64,000 nucleotides of DNA from Phoronis australis (GCA_002633005.1 NMRA01000315.1:405806-469805), one strand, 5' to 3'. Shown: positions 11,601 to 24,520, counted from the stretch's first letter. Translations and numbers: made by a program. Notes: generated by a model not told the origin, from the letters alone.

Positions 11601-14600
11601 AAAGTGTACGTGACTCACAGGGGAATGCTCCAAAATCAGCGGGGGCAAGTCTTCGGCGACACAATGAAGCAGCACTAACTCAGGTAGAAATTAGAAACTT
11701 TTGATCTTATCCGTTGAGTAATGGCTGCCACGCAGTCAAACATTGAATCTATTTAGTATAGGTTGATTTCTTCTTGCTTGATCAAACAAAATGACATGTA
11801 CACATTAGGTGACATCTTTGTGAACATTTCTAGACGCTAAGTGTTAACAGGCTGCATTTATTTGTCTTTTTTGCATAACAGGAATTTACGACAGCACTCT
11901 TTTCACAAGTTAAGATGTACGGTTTGTCAAGTCATTTTCTATTTGTCAATTATAGGAAATACAAGATTTGCTCGAAAGTTGGAGTGAGCACATTAACAGC
12001 TGCATGGCCATTTTCATTCGCGCTCCAACATACAATCGTGGGATATTTTTCAAAGGGAAGAAAAGTCCAATAAGACGAGGGGACGAGCGCATCCGTACCA
12101 TGCCATTCCCAACTAGGCGCGCCACCTTCAGTGAAGTTAAGAGAGTGCAATCTGTTCTGTCTTCAGTGGAAATATACGGTAATCCAAGATGTTTCTTTAT
12201 TTCATAGTCAGCAAAAAATACCCAAATATGCTTTTGCTGAGTTGTATGGGAAGACTTATTTAGGAAAATAATATGTAACTTGACAAGTAGCTGTTGAACT
12301 TTTGGAGGGAAACAATCACGAATTTATGAGTGTCAGTGTTTCATGTAATTTATGAAATTCTTTTTGTGAAGGAAAAACAGATCTCCACAGTATTTGTTAA
12401 CCACTCCTTACATAAACCCATTTCTAAAGATCACAAAATTAAGTATTTGAAACTGGAAGAATATACTGTGTATTTTTGGTTATCATGTTCATCAGAGTTT
12501 AGCATGTCGTGAACACATCCACTAAAACAAGAAACTGTAGGAACACCACATTTATCCACCTTCACTCTTATCAGGCTTCTATTGTGAGTCAGCATGCGTG
12601 AATAATTGGCTGATAAGCCACCTCTGGAACTACTTCTGGCTGAATGGATGACCAGGCCATAAAATGATAATTAGCTAAGACCAGTTACTATAATGCAACA
12701 AAGAATAATGTCTTGCATCACCTAGCCTTGGTGGAAAGCTGTATACTGTATTGGCTCAAACAAACGCTTAGAAAAATTCATTTCACGGGGAGGGGNNNNN
12801 NNNNNNNNNNNNNNNNNNNNNNNNNNNNNNNNNNNNNNNNNNNNNNNNNNNNNNNNNNNNNNNNNNNNNNNNNNNNNNNNNNNNNNNNNNNNNNNNNNNN
12901 NNNNNNNNNNNNNNNNNNNNNNNNNNNNNNNNNNNNNNNNNNNNNNNNNNNNNNNNNNNNNNNNNNNNNNNNNNNNNNNNNNNNNNNNNNNNNNNNNNNN
13001 NNNNNNNNNNNNNNNNNNNNNNNNNNNNNNNNNNNNNNNNNNNNNNNNNNNNNNNNNNNNNNNNNNNNNNNNNNNNNNNNNNNNNNNNNNNNNNNNNNNN
13101 NNNNNNNNNNNNNNNNNNNNNNNNNNNNNNNNNNNNNNNNNNNNNNNNNNNNNNNNNNNNNNNNNNNNNNNNNNNNNNNNNNNNNNNNNNNNNNNNNNNN
13201 NNNNNNNNNNNNNNNNNNNNNNNNNNNNNNNNNNNNNNNNNNNNNNNNNNNNNNNNNNNNNNNNNNNNNNNNNNNNNNNNNNNNNNNNNNNNNNNNNNNN
13301 NNNNNNNNNNNNNNNNNNNNNNNNNNNNNNNNNNNNNNNNNNNNNNNNNNNNNNNNNNNNNNNNNNNNNNNNNNNNNNNNNNNNNNNNNNNNNNNNNNNN
13401 NNNNNNNNNGTATTTTGAATATTGCAATGCATGTGTTCCAAAATCTAAATAACTTGGGTCCTATATTTTTGTATTAGTGCGCGCCGAATGAAAGTAATCG
13501 TGAGTGTTGCTGTGTTGCAAAATCTCTTATCCTGGGCCGATTTGAAAAATTCAAAGTTGTACTCATATTTGTTTTCGCTCCTCTTTTCAAATATTACAGT
13601 AAAAACTACGTAAAACTCTCTCCATAAAAAGTACAGTCTGCTAGCTAGATTGTAATCAGCTGATCATATCCGCATGAGCGAAGCCAATTATCCTCGCTCG
13701 TGACTCGATGACTAGAGCAGCTTGGCGGCATCCCTTTGATCGTGAGCCGAGTGCGACTCAGCCAAGGTGGATAAATACGGTCTACTTCAATTTTTAATAC
13801 CCCGCCGTTTACCTTAACCACTGGGGTTAGGACCAATCTTATTTAGTGGGAATGTTCATAGCATGGTACTTATCAACTGTGATGAGTGATGTCTGCCACA
13901 TGTCAGTTTACATGCTTATCAGTGTGGTGCAGTATGAAAAGTATTGGATTATTGTAGTGTAGTTGTCTGGAGTAGTTTGAGTTATCATAATACTGAGATG
14001 ACAAATTGCGTAACAAGATATATGCTGTGTAAAGCTATTCTATCGAATTAGATTTACACAACTGTTACAATTATACTTTTAATTTCTCCAAATACTGTTC
14101 ATGTCAAACATAATAAGACAATATTCCATTTCTGCTCACAATGGTTCACGTTCCAGTATGACTTGCCATTCTAAATAGTTTTGCTCATATCCTATGATTT
14201 ATTATTCGTCACTTTGAGGAGTTAGGCATCATTTTGTTTTATTAGATTTGGCATATAATTTCAGTAGGGGAATAAAGGGCTCTGTTATATTTTAGTCTTA
14301 ACTTAGACTGAAATAACAATGGTGTCATTCCATCACTTGTCAGGTTGTGCTTATTGAGCAATACTGTTGACAATTAAAATTGAAACTTAAACTGTCGTGA
14401 AACGGAGCTAAGAAAGCTTCAGCCTCTGGCTTGTTTTTTGGTCATCCCTGTTTGTAGTGTTTGCATTACTTAAATTAGTACAGCTGCCTGTTAATTCTTC
14501 AGGACCCAATCTGGAGGTGAAAGATGTGGTTTTCACCCCACCACGGAAAGCATTCGACAAGCCCGACCAAAATAGGTCTACATCCCAGGAGAGATGTCCT

Positions 14601-17600
14601 TCCAGACAACTGAAGCCAGCTGCTAGGCATTTGGCATCAGGTAAACTTATTTTATGTAGCAGAAATTTTATTTTAAATAAGATAAAAGCTTTGCAAAAGT
14701 ATAATCAAAATACTATTAACAGGTTGGAGTGAAAAAATCCAAACAAAACTGTTGATAATTGTTTGGGATAATTTTTCAAAACTGTCGGAAAATGGACTAC
14801 AATGAACTGATTTTTGTGACTAATAATAAGTCTCTTACATCCGTGTGACAGTCCGCAGCTCTCTTTTAGGCTTTGATTTATTAGTAGGCTGATCATAGCA
14901 CTCATATTTATGAAGTAAAGTTTCTACTATCTGTTCTAAGTTGCAAAAAGTTCAGAACAATTAATATTTTTATTCTGACAGTGAAATGTATTGACTGCAA
15001 ACTAGGTAATCTGAAATTATTGCCATTTACTGTTTGTGAAGATCTATATGGCTTCTACCCTGTACTGGCCTTGATGGATGATGAAATCATTAAAATTTAA
15101 AAAGATCACCTTCCACAGATCAATTTTCAAAAGTTTCAAGCATTGTTTTAGATGCAGAGAGTTTATCATCTTCATCTACTGCTGGGTCTGATGTTGAACT
15201 AGAGACTTGTCATGTGACACTGTATACTGACGGGCTGAAGGAATTTGACTGTACAAAACCCAGGAGACGAGGTGGGAGGGGCAAGAAGAAGACGTCCATC
15301 TCTGGAACGAAGGCAGCCGCAACCTGCACCTCTGGTTATGGCAAGTTTTGTCCCAGTTTTGACATAAAAAAACAAAATTTACTGCGTTCATGTAGTTTGT
15401 GGCAAATGTAACATTTTCATTTTAAATTATTTGTATATCAGGCACTTAATATGACCAGCTGTACCTGTCTGTGAAGATATTTTGTGTTGAATTATGTGTT
15501 AACTTGGAACTTCAGTCAGTGATGTAACACAAAAATGAGGATTGAATAATGTGCTGTACTTTTGAAACAATTTACTGGTGTATGACATAGCGACATGAAT
15601 GTTATGACTTTTTTTTGGTCACTTGCTGGCTACTCAGCTGTATAAGTGACTGTTTTTTGATAGTGGTCATTGACTGTATTATATTCATAGTGGTCATTGA
15701 CTGTATTATATTCAATCTGTTTTTTTCAAGCACTGAATTGTTAAAGTGTGTGTGAACTAAAATTTACTATCAGCATGCAAATTAAATCAGAAATCATTGT
15801 CATGGAAATCTCACACTCAGGTGAGGTTTTATGATTGTTTTCTTTCAAGTTTCTTCAGGCTCGGTTATAGCGTTTCACATCCCAGATTGCATCTGTGTAT
15901 TTATATTTAAATTTCTCCTTTAGTTTGTTGGTTGCATATTAAACGATTTTAATAAAATGATTAAACTTGTTGGGCTCCAGTTAGGCAAATTTAAATGAAG
16001 GTTATATAGAGCCTTAATAAACTACCTCAACTCTAAGTCGAATATTGAGAAAACTATGCTTTGTCATTCATTAAAAAGTACATTTTTTCTGAAAGGAGAA
16101 AGATCTAGGAGTCTGGAAATGTGCTTCTTACTGTCTTAGTTTATTATTGAACCGTGATGTTTTTTAAGTCAAATTTTCATGTGCAAGAAAGGTACATTCA
16201 TAACAAAATAACCCCCAGTCGATTTTACTAAAACCGTTTTTAACTGAAAACTTCACGTTATGTCTCAAAAACGTTGTTAGGATTTTGATGCGAATAGATC
16301 AACAATTTTAAGAAGGTTCACGTTTTCTTTAATTTGAATGTTTGGTTTGTTTTCTAGGTAAGATGTTTTGCTTTTTCAGACACTACGCTGAAGAATTTGA
16401 AAGACAAGTTTTACACAGTGTGCAAGACGGGTAACAAGGAAGCATTGTCAACCCTCTTATGGACGATGAATTGGCGAGACTTTAGTCATATGTCACTGGA
16501 CTCTGATGATCTCTCAGTCACCAAAATTGGTTACAGTTTTCCAGACACTATTGAGGACAAAGGTGACCACGTCTTGGACGATAAAGACACGTCAACACAG
16601 ATTAATAATGAAGCCATATTTGATGAAAGCCAAAGTTCATTATCTACTGACAAAGGAGGAGTTGATACTACTGTAAATTCATTCATGGCCTCTAATTGTA
16701 TCCAACCAGTCAGTGATATTTCCCAGTCACATTCAAATGCCAGGAGTAATGTTCAGAGGACTGTCAGTGCTTCAGACGTAAGATCTAATTCATTCGAGCT
16801 AGGCAGTAACATTTCCCTCATCCAACCAAATGTCAAGGATACTGTACAGTCATCAAAGGCTGTGGAAGGCAGCACAAATATAAACTTAAAGGCTCATGTT
16901 CTGAATGATGCACTGACCTCTAGTGGCGACACCTTACTTCACATTGTTGCTGTCAATGGACATTCACAGCTGATCTCAGTGTTACTAGACTCTGGTGCAG
17001 ACCCATGTTCAAGGCAAGTACGGTCTCTGGTTTTCAAAGTTAAGTGGATAAACTTTTCAGCATAACTTTATCAGGCTTCGCCAAACATTGTGGAAATTTT
17101 GTTGGGAAAAAATTGCCGTAGTTGAATTTCAATCAATTATAAGTTGTGATGTCATTTTGGCTGTCTGCTACTTTAGTCATAGTGAGCGAAATACTGGTTG
17201 TTAAGTGCAAAATGTGAGAAAGATTTTGACAAAATTTATTTTATTCAGTCTTGCGGAAAGAGACGAAATACAATTCAATCACTTTCATGCATTGAAACAT
17301 TGCCAAACTGTGGTCCAGCTGTTATATGTTTAATTTGAATAGTAGTGTGGTCAACAAATTTTGTTCGCAGGTGGCACTGCTGCCAAGTACTCTGATTGCA
17401 CATTCATAATTTTGTTAAATAATCAAAATGACCAGAACACACAGTATAGTACTTAAAGCAGTTTTTGAACTACAACACATTATTTGTTTTGTGGTTCATC
17501 TCTTCAGGAAGTTTTTTTGGAGTATATAATTGCCTGTTGTGTGGTTGCGTGAATTGTACTGCCTGTGTAATTTTTATCCTTTGCAGGGAGTTTGTAAGCT

Positions 17601-20600
17601 CTTGCCACCATTTTGGAACAACCTTGTAAGTGTTAACCTTGAATTTTCTTTTAGGAATAAGAAAGGACAGACACCCTATGTAGTTTCCAAAGACAAAGTT
17701 ACAAGGAATGAATTTAGACGCTTTAGAGCGCAACACAGTTCATTACATGATTATGATAAGGCTCAGGTAAATATCTATATTTTTTTTTGTTATTTTCGAT
17801 AATTCTGTAGGATGAGGTTTTATTTTCTTACAATAATACAGCGTTGTTTCCAATGTATAAAAATGTGTTTGGACTATTTTAATCTGAACCATCCTGCATA
17901 GCACATTAAACATAATTTCAGATTCCTCCTCCAATAACTGAAGAACAAGAAAATGCTAAGAAGCAGAGGGAGGCGGAAAAGCGAAAGGCTCAGAAAAAGG
18001 CCAAGCGTGAAAAGCAAAAGGTTGGTTGTCATGTTTTTTTGCATGAAAACATAGTACGAGCCTTTCTCAATTGACTTGCTTAGTGAATGTTTTCCTCAAC
18101 AAAGATGTTAGTAAATCTTGCTGCTTAAAATTACATCAAATGTTAGCTAAAAATACCAAAGTTTGAGCTTATACGAATTGAAAGAATGCTGAGAGAGTTC
18201 GATTTGCTTGTAATTTCGTAAAAGTGGCATAAAGACGGCTACTGTGGCATCGTTGTGTGCTACACTGTCTTTCTTCTCTAATACTGACTATGGACAACTT
18301 TGCCTTCTTGTTGTATCATTGCATCTTCTGAACAAATCCCTTCCATTGTTTGATATCAGCAAAATTCATCTTGTGGTTAGCAAGTTTCACTGACAATGTT
18401 AACCAGCCCAATAATGTTCCAAATACTCAGTGATATTAGTTTACCCTTGTGCCGCATTTTCGACAAGATTTACCCGCATATAAATTGCAGCATCAAGGAC
18501 TGTAAAATATGTTTCTGACAGTAGAATGTAATCTATGGTTAGGAATTATCAATTCTCTGTATGTTTTTTTGTTTTTAGCGATTAAAGTAATTATTATGAA
18601 TAAAATGCATCTGGAAGGTTAAACAATTATAACACTGTTCCTTTGCAGGCCCAAAAGGAGGAGGAAGCTAAGAAAGCAGACGAGGAGCGTGAAAAGCAGC
18701 GCTTTCTGAAGCTCAGCGACCGTGAAAAGGTATGGCATGGTGATGGTTGTGAAAACAACTGATAATTGAAAATGAACATCCAGGTTGAAGAGAACAAAAT
18801 AGTAATACTGCGTATTGACTAATCTGGTCTTGTTGTTAAGGTTCCACACAGATCCAACTTCATCAAGCTGAAGTTGTAAATTGGAACAGATTCAAGTTAA
18901 TGACATTAAGTCCTCCCATTAACATGACCTTTGAACACCATGTGACTATGGCATTATTATGATTGTGTAATTGGGACCACTAACTTGCCATAATAAAGAA
19001 CCAATGGAAACAAAGGGTTCCTTCTGAAAGCTGGAACCAGTCGTTTTCACAAATGTCACTGTGGGTTTGAGATTGATAGGTGCACCTTATCTTTTGTTAA
19101 GATTTCTCTGAGTGACATTTTGTTTGACCAGAAGCCTTGTAATGGTCCTTGGTTGTTTTCTGTAATGAAGAAATGGTCACATGTCTCCAAAATATATTAG
19201 AATGACATTCTTAAAGGAGAATGCCACCCAATTTAATTGGTCTTTTTTGCCGTCTTAATCGGTCTATATCCACATGGCCTTGCATACGGTCGACCTTACC
19301 TTGCCAAGAGGTGTCGCGTTAACCTGTGAGGAAGGTGAGAAACGAAGCTAGCGACGTCAATGGTTCATATGCAGAGTGAATGCCGCTATGTTGCGGTGCA
19401 TCATTCCGGCTTGTCCGAACTAAGCAGCTGCGAGGAAAGCGGGTATATCGTTTTTTTTACTTCCTCGAGAGTCCGAAATGCTTAGGAAGTGGCTCATGGT
19501 AGTGAAGAATGAAATGTACGCTGTAAATAGCAAGTATGGGGCCGTGAAACATCTCCGTGTCTGTGGCCTGCAGTCTGCAGACGTCGACAGTGCCTGACGA
19601 ATGCCGGCTTACCAAATAACTCCATACGTTCCGTTGTCTGAGCTTGTTCACGGCGCCTCTCTAGTATTTCTTCATCACTGTATTCCGGTTCGAATTGATA
19701 GCCTGTAAAACTTAACGATCCACCTGCGAAATCAGGACTGATGAGCTCTAGCTCGTCCTAAGTTGGGATTGCGAGTTGCCATGTTGGCGTTTATTACTGA
19801 GTTTTCTGTTTCAAAATGAATTATTCTCACCCTAACCAATACTTATACACCGGTGACCTAAAGTCGTGAATATAAGCATAATAAGTGCCGATTGTCATAC
19901 TACCTAATGTCCGTTAGCAACTGCTCATGTGATGTCATGGACATATGTCAGCCTTCACAAATATACGTGTTTTGACAATCTTAATCCTTGTTTGTCTCCG
20001 TAAGCAGAGTTTTGAAACGGTCGCTGATATCGGCGGCCATTTTGAATGAGGCCCTAAAGTCGTGACCGTTTCGGTTAGGCGGAAATACACGAAGTAAGAC
20101 CTCATAAGTCAACTACAGTGCGTACAGTTACTCTAGATGACATAAAAATGCATTGCATTGTTTATTAATTCAGTTTCAATTGAAATAAATTGTTATAAGT
20201 TTTGCACCCAACTTTGATGTGCACAGACGTTTTCAATGAGGTTGTTCACGTAAAACGCTAAGAACCCAGCATCAATTATTGCTCTGTATTTTATTGTTTT
20301 GGCCTTACAAAACTTGATCAACCCTGGAACATTTTGATACATTGTTCAAGCTACCCCTGGAGTGCGTGTTTGAGTAAATCTGAACGATAAATATTTTCGA
20401 AAATATATCCCAAAAATGCCCAAAAAAGTGAATTAGTGAAATATGCTGTTTTTAAGATACATTTGAAAAAAGAAGCCACTCACTCACTGTTTGTTATCAT
20501 ATTGTGAATACGAACACGTCCGGGTATTCGTTTGACGTTCGTAAGCAGACGAACGCTGGAAACTTCAACGCCAGATGTCGCAGGACCGCGCAGAAGAGGA

Positions 20601-22815
20601 AATAAGATCGTTCACGACTTTAGGGCACTCACGACTTTAGGGGCTCTGACGGTATATAAAACTGAAAAAAAGTCTGTCTCATTAGATGCAATTTGTAATG
20701 CCTTTGGAGTGTTCGTGAGTGCAAATGATTTGAGAAGCCAGCATTGAATAAATCACTGCGTTACCGGCTTTGAGGTGCAGTAAAACTAATTGACGAGCAC
20801 CGAGACCGGTGTGAGCTCATGCTAATTTTGTGTGTGCTGGCAGAAACTGATGTGAAACAACTCGATTTCCATCCCACGGCCAGGTGTTAGGGGAATCTTT
20901 ATTTACATTTACATTACTCAAATAATGATTCTCAATGTACAACTTCTGCCGTGACGGTGCTGTGGCCAAAGCGGAACCTGAATTCGCGGGGCCCGACGAG
21001 TAAGTAGATTTGCAGTTTCGTGGGTAGTTCACCAACATAATCAGGTGCTCATTACTTTGGTTCACTAGTATAGTATTTTCTTGACTGGAAGTTTGAACTT
21101 TGGCTGGTTTATGTTCGTGATGTCTGATCAGTTTCCACTGGCCGGGATAACGCCGAGTCAATCCGGCCAGCCGTGACTGGCCTCATCGGGCTCCCAGCCA
21201 CTGGCCAGGATAACAAGCATTTTGTGTTTAGAACTCAAAAAATCACAAGTCTAAACAACACAGGTCTAGGTTCTCCTGTCTGTATCTTACGGAAAATACT
21301 TCGAAATTATCTCCGAACAGACCCCAAACTGTAGTGCTACGGACCTTATTGGTGCCGAACTTTGTAGGCTACGGTGTGTCCAAATACCAATAAATCCGTA
21401 AGAGCGAAAGAAAACAACACATTTATATATTAAGAACTCGGTGTATTTTTAAGGGTTTTACATCGAAGTTTGATGATTTATTGGTGTTAAACGATGACTT
21501 CAAGCGATAAGCTGACACCAGTAACCCGTGTTGTGAACTGCTGAACAGACTGCGTGACTGTGAAACCGATGATGTCATTGGATAATTTCAACACCTCCGT
21601 CTGCCGTCAGGTGTCAGGTAACGCAACCATACGTGTCGTTATGGAGTAGAACTACTCGATCTAAATTTATACAAATTAGGTTGTTTTTGGGTGGCATGCT
21701 CCTTTAAAATTTTTGTCAGACTTCAATGTTATAATGATTTCAAAAAATAAGTGCCTGTCAAGATTTTGTCCATGTTGTAGTAGAAGAGAAATGGATAATT
21801 ATTTGGTCGAGGTTATGAACATTCATTGGATTTTTGACATTGTTCATATATTTTTTAAAGTATTGTGGGTAAGAAATTCTTATTTCTCGGCTTACTGAAG
21901 TTCACATATTTTGCAATGGCTTCAACATGTAATGTACCATTTATGACATTGAATACAACTTCAACTCACTTTTCATGAAAAAGACCCGTGTTCATGTTAA
22001 GATAGTTGTTTTACTAGCACCACCTAGTGAAGTTCGTGTTCTTCATTGCATCCAATTACTCTTTTTGCTAATAGAGGGCACTTGCAGCAGAACGGAGAAT
22101 AGCCCAGCAAGCACAGTCACAAGGGGAGGTTACTCCAGTTTTAAGGTAACGTGATTTACATAAGGTACAGGAGCCTTGTGCACCCACTGTTGCTCTTGCC
22201 CAAGTGTCCAGATATGTACAATTTGTAACACAGTGTAGGCAATGCTTTTGAGAAACATGTCCATGAGCCAATTCACCTGTGAGGCCTCAAATTTATGTTT
22301 CAATCCTGAGAACCTGTAGGTCATATTATTTTTTTCTTGTTCGATTCCAATTTTTTGGGTGGTGTCTTTCACATTGTGTGAGCTTGACTGCCACCCAGTG
22401 CATTATTTGATATGCGTTCAACTGGTCTGTATCGGCGTAATGGTCCGGTGGTATCTGAATGCAATGCATATTATTCATGTGACAAGGTGATATTAGGCAA
22501 GATTGCTGGCACAATTTTAAAGCACCAGTCGAACCAGTTGTCCCCCCAAAAATAAAGGGGTCCAGCCTAAAACAATATCATTGATGGTCTTCAAATACAA
22601 TGCAGTATAGGGCTTCAATCATACCACACTTTAGGGATGTTGCAATGATTTTGTTCATTACACCATGATAATACATGGTTTTTTATTTCAGCCGATGTTA
22701 CCAATGTGCTGTCAACATGACTGGTAAAGTGCCATTTGAGTACTTTGACTTCAAGTTTTGTACTACCAAGTGCTTACGAGAACATAAAGCAAAAGTAGCC
22801 ACTGAAGTATTATAA
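5517..22815 (+). CDS. ANKZF1: ANKZF1/Vms1 (ankyrin repeat and zinc finger peptidyl-tRNA hydrolase / tRNA endonuclease of ribosome quality control); whole gene span, 15 coding exons, about 843 aa
   Basis: Phase-compatible exons encode the C2H2 finger ([19 protein letters not shown]), the VLRF1 domain ([10 protein letters not shown]; [18 protein letters not shown]; [14 protein letters not shown]; [16 protein letters not shown]), ankyrin repeats, a coiled coil and the C-terminal treble clef ([24 protein letters not shown]). Summed exon length 2532 nt is divisible by 3. Confidence 0.96.
6053..6126 (+). CDS. ANKZF1: ANKZF1 coding exon 2 (zinc finger first half, [14 protein letters not shown])
   Basis: ttacag acceptor, CAG|gtaaaa donor, CxxC motif. 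Confidence 0.92.
8041..8248 (+). CDS. ANKZF1: ANKZF1 coding exon 3 ([16 protein letters not shown]...SSISGSD)
   Basis: ctttag acceptor, gtgagt donor; conserved HFKSDWHxFNL and SSISGS motifs. Confidence 0.94.
8526..8816. repeat. 21-bp minisatellite (CTCTGACTACTAAACACAGCT)n in an ANKZF1 intron
   Basis: About 13-14 tandem copies visible; explains the TTKHSSL repeat ORF. Confidence 0.95.
9135..9295 (+). CDS. ANKZF1: ANKZF1 coding exon 4 ([21 protein letters not shown])
   Basis: cacag acceptor, AAG|gtcagt donor (an in-frame alternative lies 6 nt upstream). Confidence 0.9.
9812..9927 (+). CDS. ANKZF1: ANKZF1 coding exon 5 ([17 protein letters not shown])
   Basis: tttcag acceptor, gtaagt donor; VLRF1 start motif. 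Confidence 0.95.
11536..11683 (+). CDS. ANKZF1: ANKZF1 coding exon 6 (catalytic loop [18 protein letters not shown])
   Basis: tgtag acceptor, CAG|gtagaa donor; catalytic Gln motif retained. Confidence 0.97.
11956..12178 (+). CDS. ANKZF1: ANKZF1 coding exon 7 (IFIRAP...[16 protein letters not shown])
   Basis: tatag acceptor, G|gtaatc donor; VLRF1 C-terminal motifs. Confidence 0.96.
14503..14640 (+). CDS. ANKZF1: ANKZF1 coding exon 8 (low-complexity linker)
   Basis: ttcag acceptor, G|gtaaac donor, open phase 1-1 frame. Confidence 0.8.
15152..15340 (+). CDS. ANKZF1: ANKZF1 coding exon 9 ([31 protein letters not shown]); 3' end at 15334 (GT) or 15340 (GC)
   Basis: ttttag acceptor; acidic then basic cluster; two phase-1 donor options. 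Confidence 0.82.
15661..15714. repeat. 27-bp tandem duplication
   Basis: TAGTGGTCATTGACTGTATTATATTCA twice. Confidence 0.9.
16161..16260 (+). repeat. Dispersed repeat shared with ~32006-32090
   Basis: TTTTAAGTCAAA.TTTCAT..AAGAAA.GTACATTCA..CAAAATAACC..GTCGATTTTA in both places. Confidence 0.6.
16380..17013 (+). CDS. ANKZF1: ANKZF1 coding exon 10 (ankyrin repeats with a long Ser/Asp-rich insert)
   Basis: ttttcag acceptor in phase 1; [27 protein letters not shown] ankyrin consensus; ends at AG|gcaagt. Confidence 0.92.
17655..17766 (+). CDS. ANKZF1: ANKZF1 coding exon 11 ([11 protein letters not shown]...RNEFRRF...DYDKAQ)
   Basis: ttttag acceptor, CAG|gtaaat donor; conserved RNxFRRF and DYxKAQ. 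Confidence 0.95.
17922..18020 (+). CDS. ANKZF1: ANKZF1 coding exon 12 ([10 protein letters not shown], coiled coil)
   Basis: tttcag acceptor, AAG|gttggt donor. Confidence 0.92.
18649..18729 (+). CDS. ANKZF1: ANKZF1 coding exon 13 ([16 protein letters not shown])
   Basis: ttgcag acceptor, AAG|gtatgg donor; conserved LSDREK. Confidence 0.95.
19215..21703. mobile_element. Non-autonomous Kolobok-type DNA transposon in an ANKZF1 intron
   Basis: TTAA on both sides; TIR AGGAGAATGCCACCCA / TGGGTGGCATGCTCCT; close homolog at 34203-36082. Confidence 0.85.
19848..20652. mobile_element. Nested TA-flanked element (Tc1/mariner/pogo-like MITE) inside the Kolobok copy
   Basis: TA on both sides; imperfect TIRs; CCTAAAGTCGTGA occurs twice forward on the left and twice inverted at the right end. 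Confidence 0.6.
22075..22145 (+). CDS. ANKZF1: ANKZF1 coding exon 14 (RALAAERRI)
   Basis: aatag acceptor, AG|gtaacg donor; conserved RALAAERR. Confidence 0.94.
22692..22815 (+). CDS. ANKZF1: ANKZF1 last coding exon (treble-clef zinc finger, stop TAA)
   Basis: tttcag acceptor; [31 protein letters not shown]. Confidence 0.96.
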
Positions 22816-24520
22816 TGGATTGTGAATGAAATGGAAATTTGATGTTGTAGACAATGGTTTGATCATGCTGGACAAACTACATTGTTACTCAGTCACCACG
22901 GTGGAACACTGTGTCACAGCGGAAGTACATGTACATACTGTGGAGAATTTGCCCTGATGCTGGGGGTCACTAAATTCTCAATAATTACCTTATTTTGCAC
23001 CGATTTTGATGGTAACTCTATTTTTCAATTTTTGAAAACAGCTATGGAGGTCGGAGGCTTTATATCTTTCACGTTTTACAGACTGACAGTGTTTACCACT
23101 GCATCAATGCTAAGTCAAGCACAATGAAAAAAATGTCCTAAAGCCAATGAGTCTTTGATGCACCAACAGACCTGCTGAAACATAGAGCGGTATCCTTACC
23201 ATGTTTCTGCATTAAAAATATGTGGTTGAACTCATGGCATACGATGGAAAATTAATTTGTGGTATTAAATAAAATGCTCTATTAGTGGTGACTATGCCAA
23301 GGATTGGAGTACTATCAGTGTTGGCTGATTAGTGGCTGAAGTGGGCATTGTCTAGTTTTATGATGTGTATCTGTTTCCATGGAAACAATGTTGTGTTAGT
23401 GGAACTTCACTGATTTGTTTCAGTTGTGCATACATTGGATGTTGTCTATAATTTGAGTATGAAATTAACAAAAATCAAAATTAAATTGCCACTTCAATAT
23501 AAAAACAGAATGAACTAAAAAAATGAAACCTGCCAGATCGGTACTCACATGGCAATCAAACAGCCATAATTTTCATACTGAGGCTGTTAAATATTTAACC
23601 ATTATTCGAAAAGTCTGACTGTTTTATTTCAACTTAGCTGGAATCTTGACTACTTTTATTGGACAATTTGGGAATGGAGTCATTTCATTTGCTGTCTAAA
23701 TTTGATCTCTGTTTTCATTGGACGGAAATCTGTACCGCGTGCTGTGCATTTTTGGTTGTGGACTTTCAAATAAATATATTCACATTGCTTTCGAAACTCT
23801 TGTGTCAAGCGCGTTTGATATGAAGTTGTCAAATCTCTCATTCCACAACAAGCACAAAGTGTGGCTATTGTTAAGTTTGCCAATAAAAGCTGGATATAAA
23901 TCATTAAAGCCACACACAGCTCAATCGTCTAAGCTGTGAGAACCAGCTTTTCGAAACAATTTGCTGGATACAAGGAAAAGTTTTGCCTAGTAATCTCCAC
24001 TTTGGTCCAATTGAATTTCTCACGGTGCAAAATTTGATTTGAAATGCATTGAAGGCATTTCGTGTATTTTTATGCATGTCCGCCTTTAAAAATATCTTTC
24101 AATTGCACATTATTTTCTAGTTGCACCATCACCCCACTTCTGATACTTACACTTGCTTAGTACATAATACATTTAATCACCACTTAACTTCATTCCATTA
24201 AAAACAAATTCTGGTTGCAAGTTCAATTTTCAGTTTGTGATTTTCTTCTAGATTTGTGCAACACCGCATGGAAAGGAACTGCTTAAAATTGGTGGAAAGC
24301 CCCCAAGTAAATTAATTTTCTGACATTTGAACTGTGTGACAAACCTGGGTGGATACTAGAAAGTTAACCAATCGCCCTGCAGGAATAGAGCACAATGTGT
24401 ATTTTCCCCGAGCCAGATTGAGCGGCCTTGATGAGTTACATGTATGAGAGGTAACAAGTACTATTAACATCACGGTAAAATATCAGTAAGTAAGGACACA
24501 ACATGTCAGATATATTAAAT

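Noticed and set aside
12713-13477. Long ORFs spanning N-runs (also 34345-35410 and 52270-53256)
   Set aside because: Artefacts of assembly gaps; only the THAP start at 53291 is meaningful.
19738-19760. CTGATGAG followed by a small hairpin, suggesting a hammerhead ribozyme core
   Set aside because: No GAAA core or stem III/cleavage triplet at the required positions.
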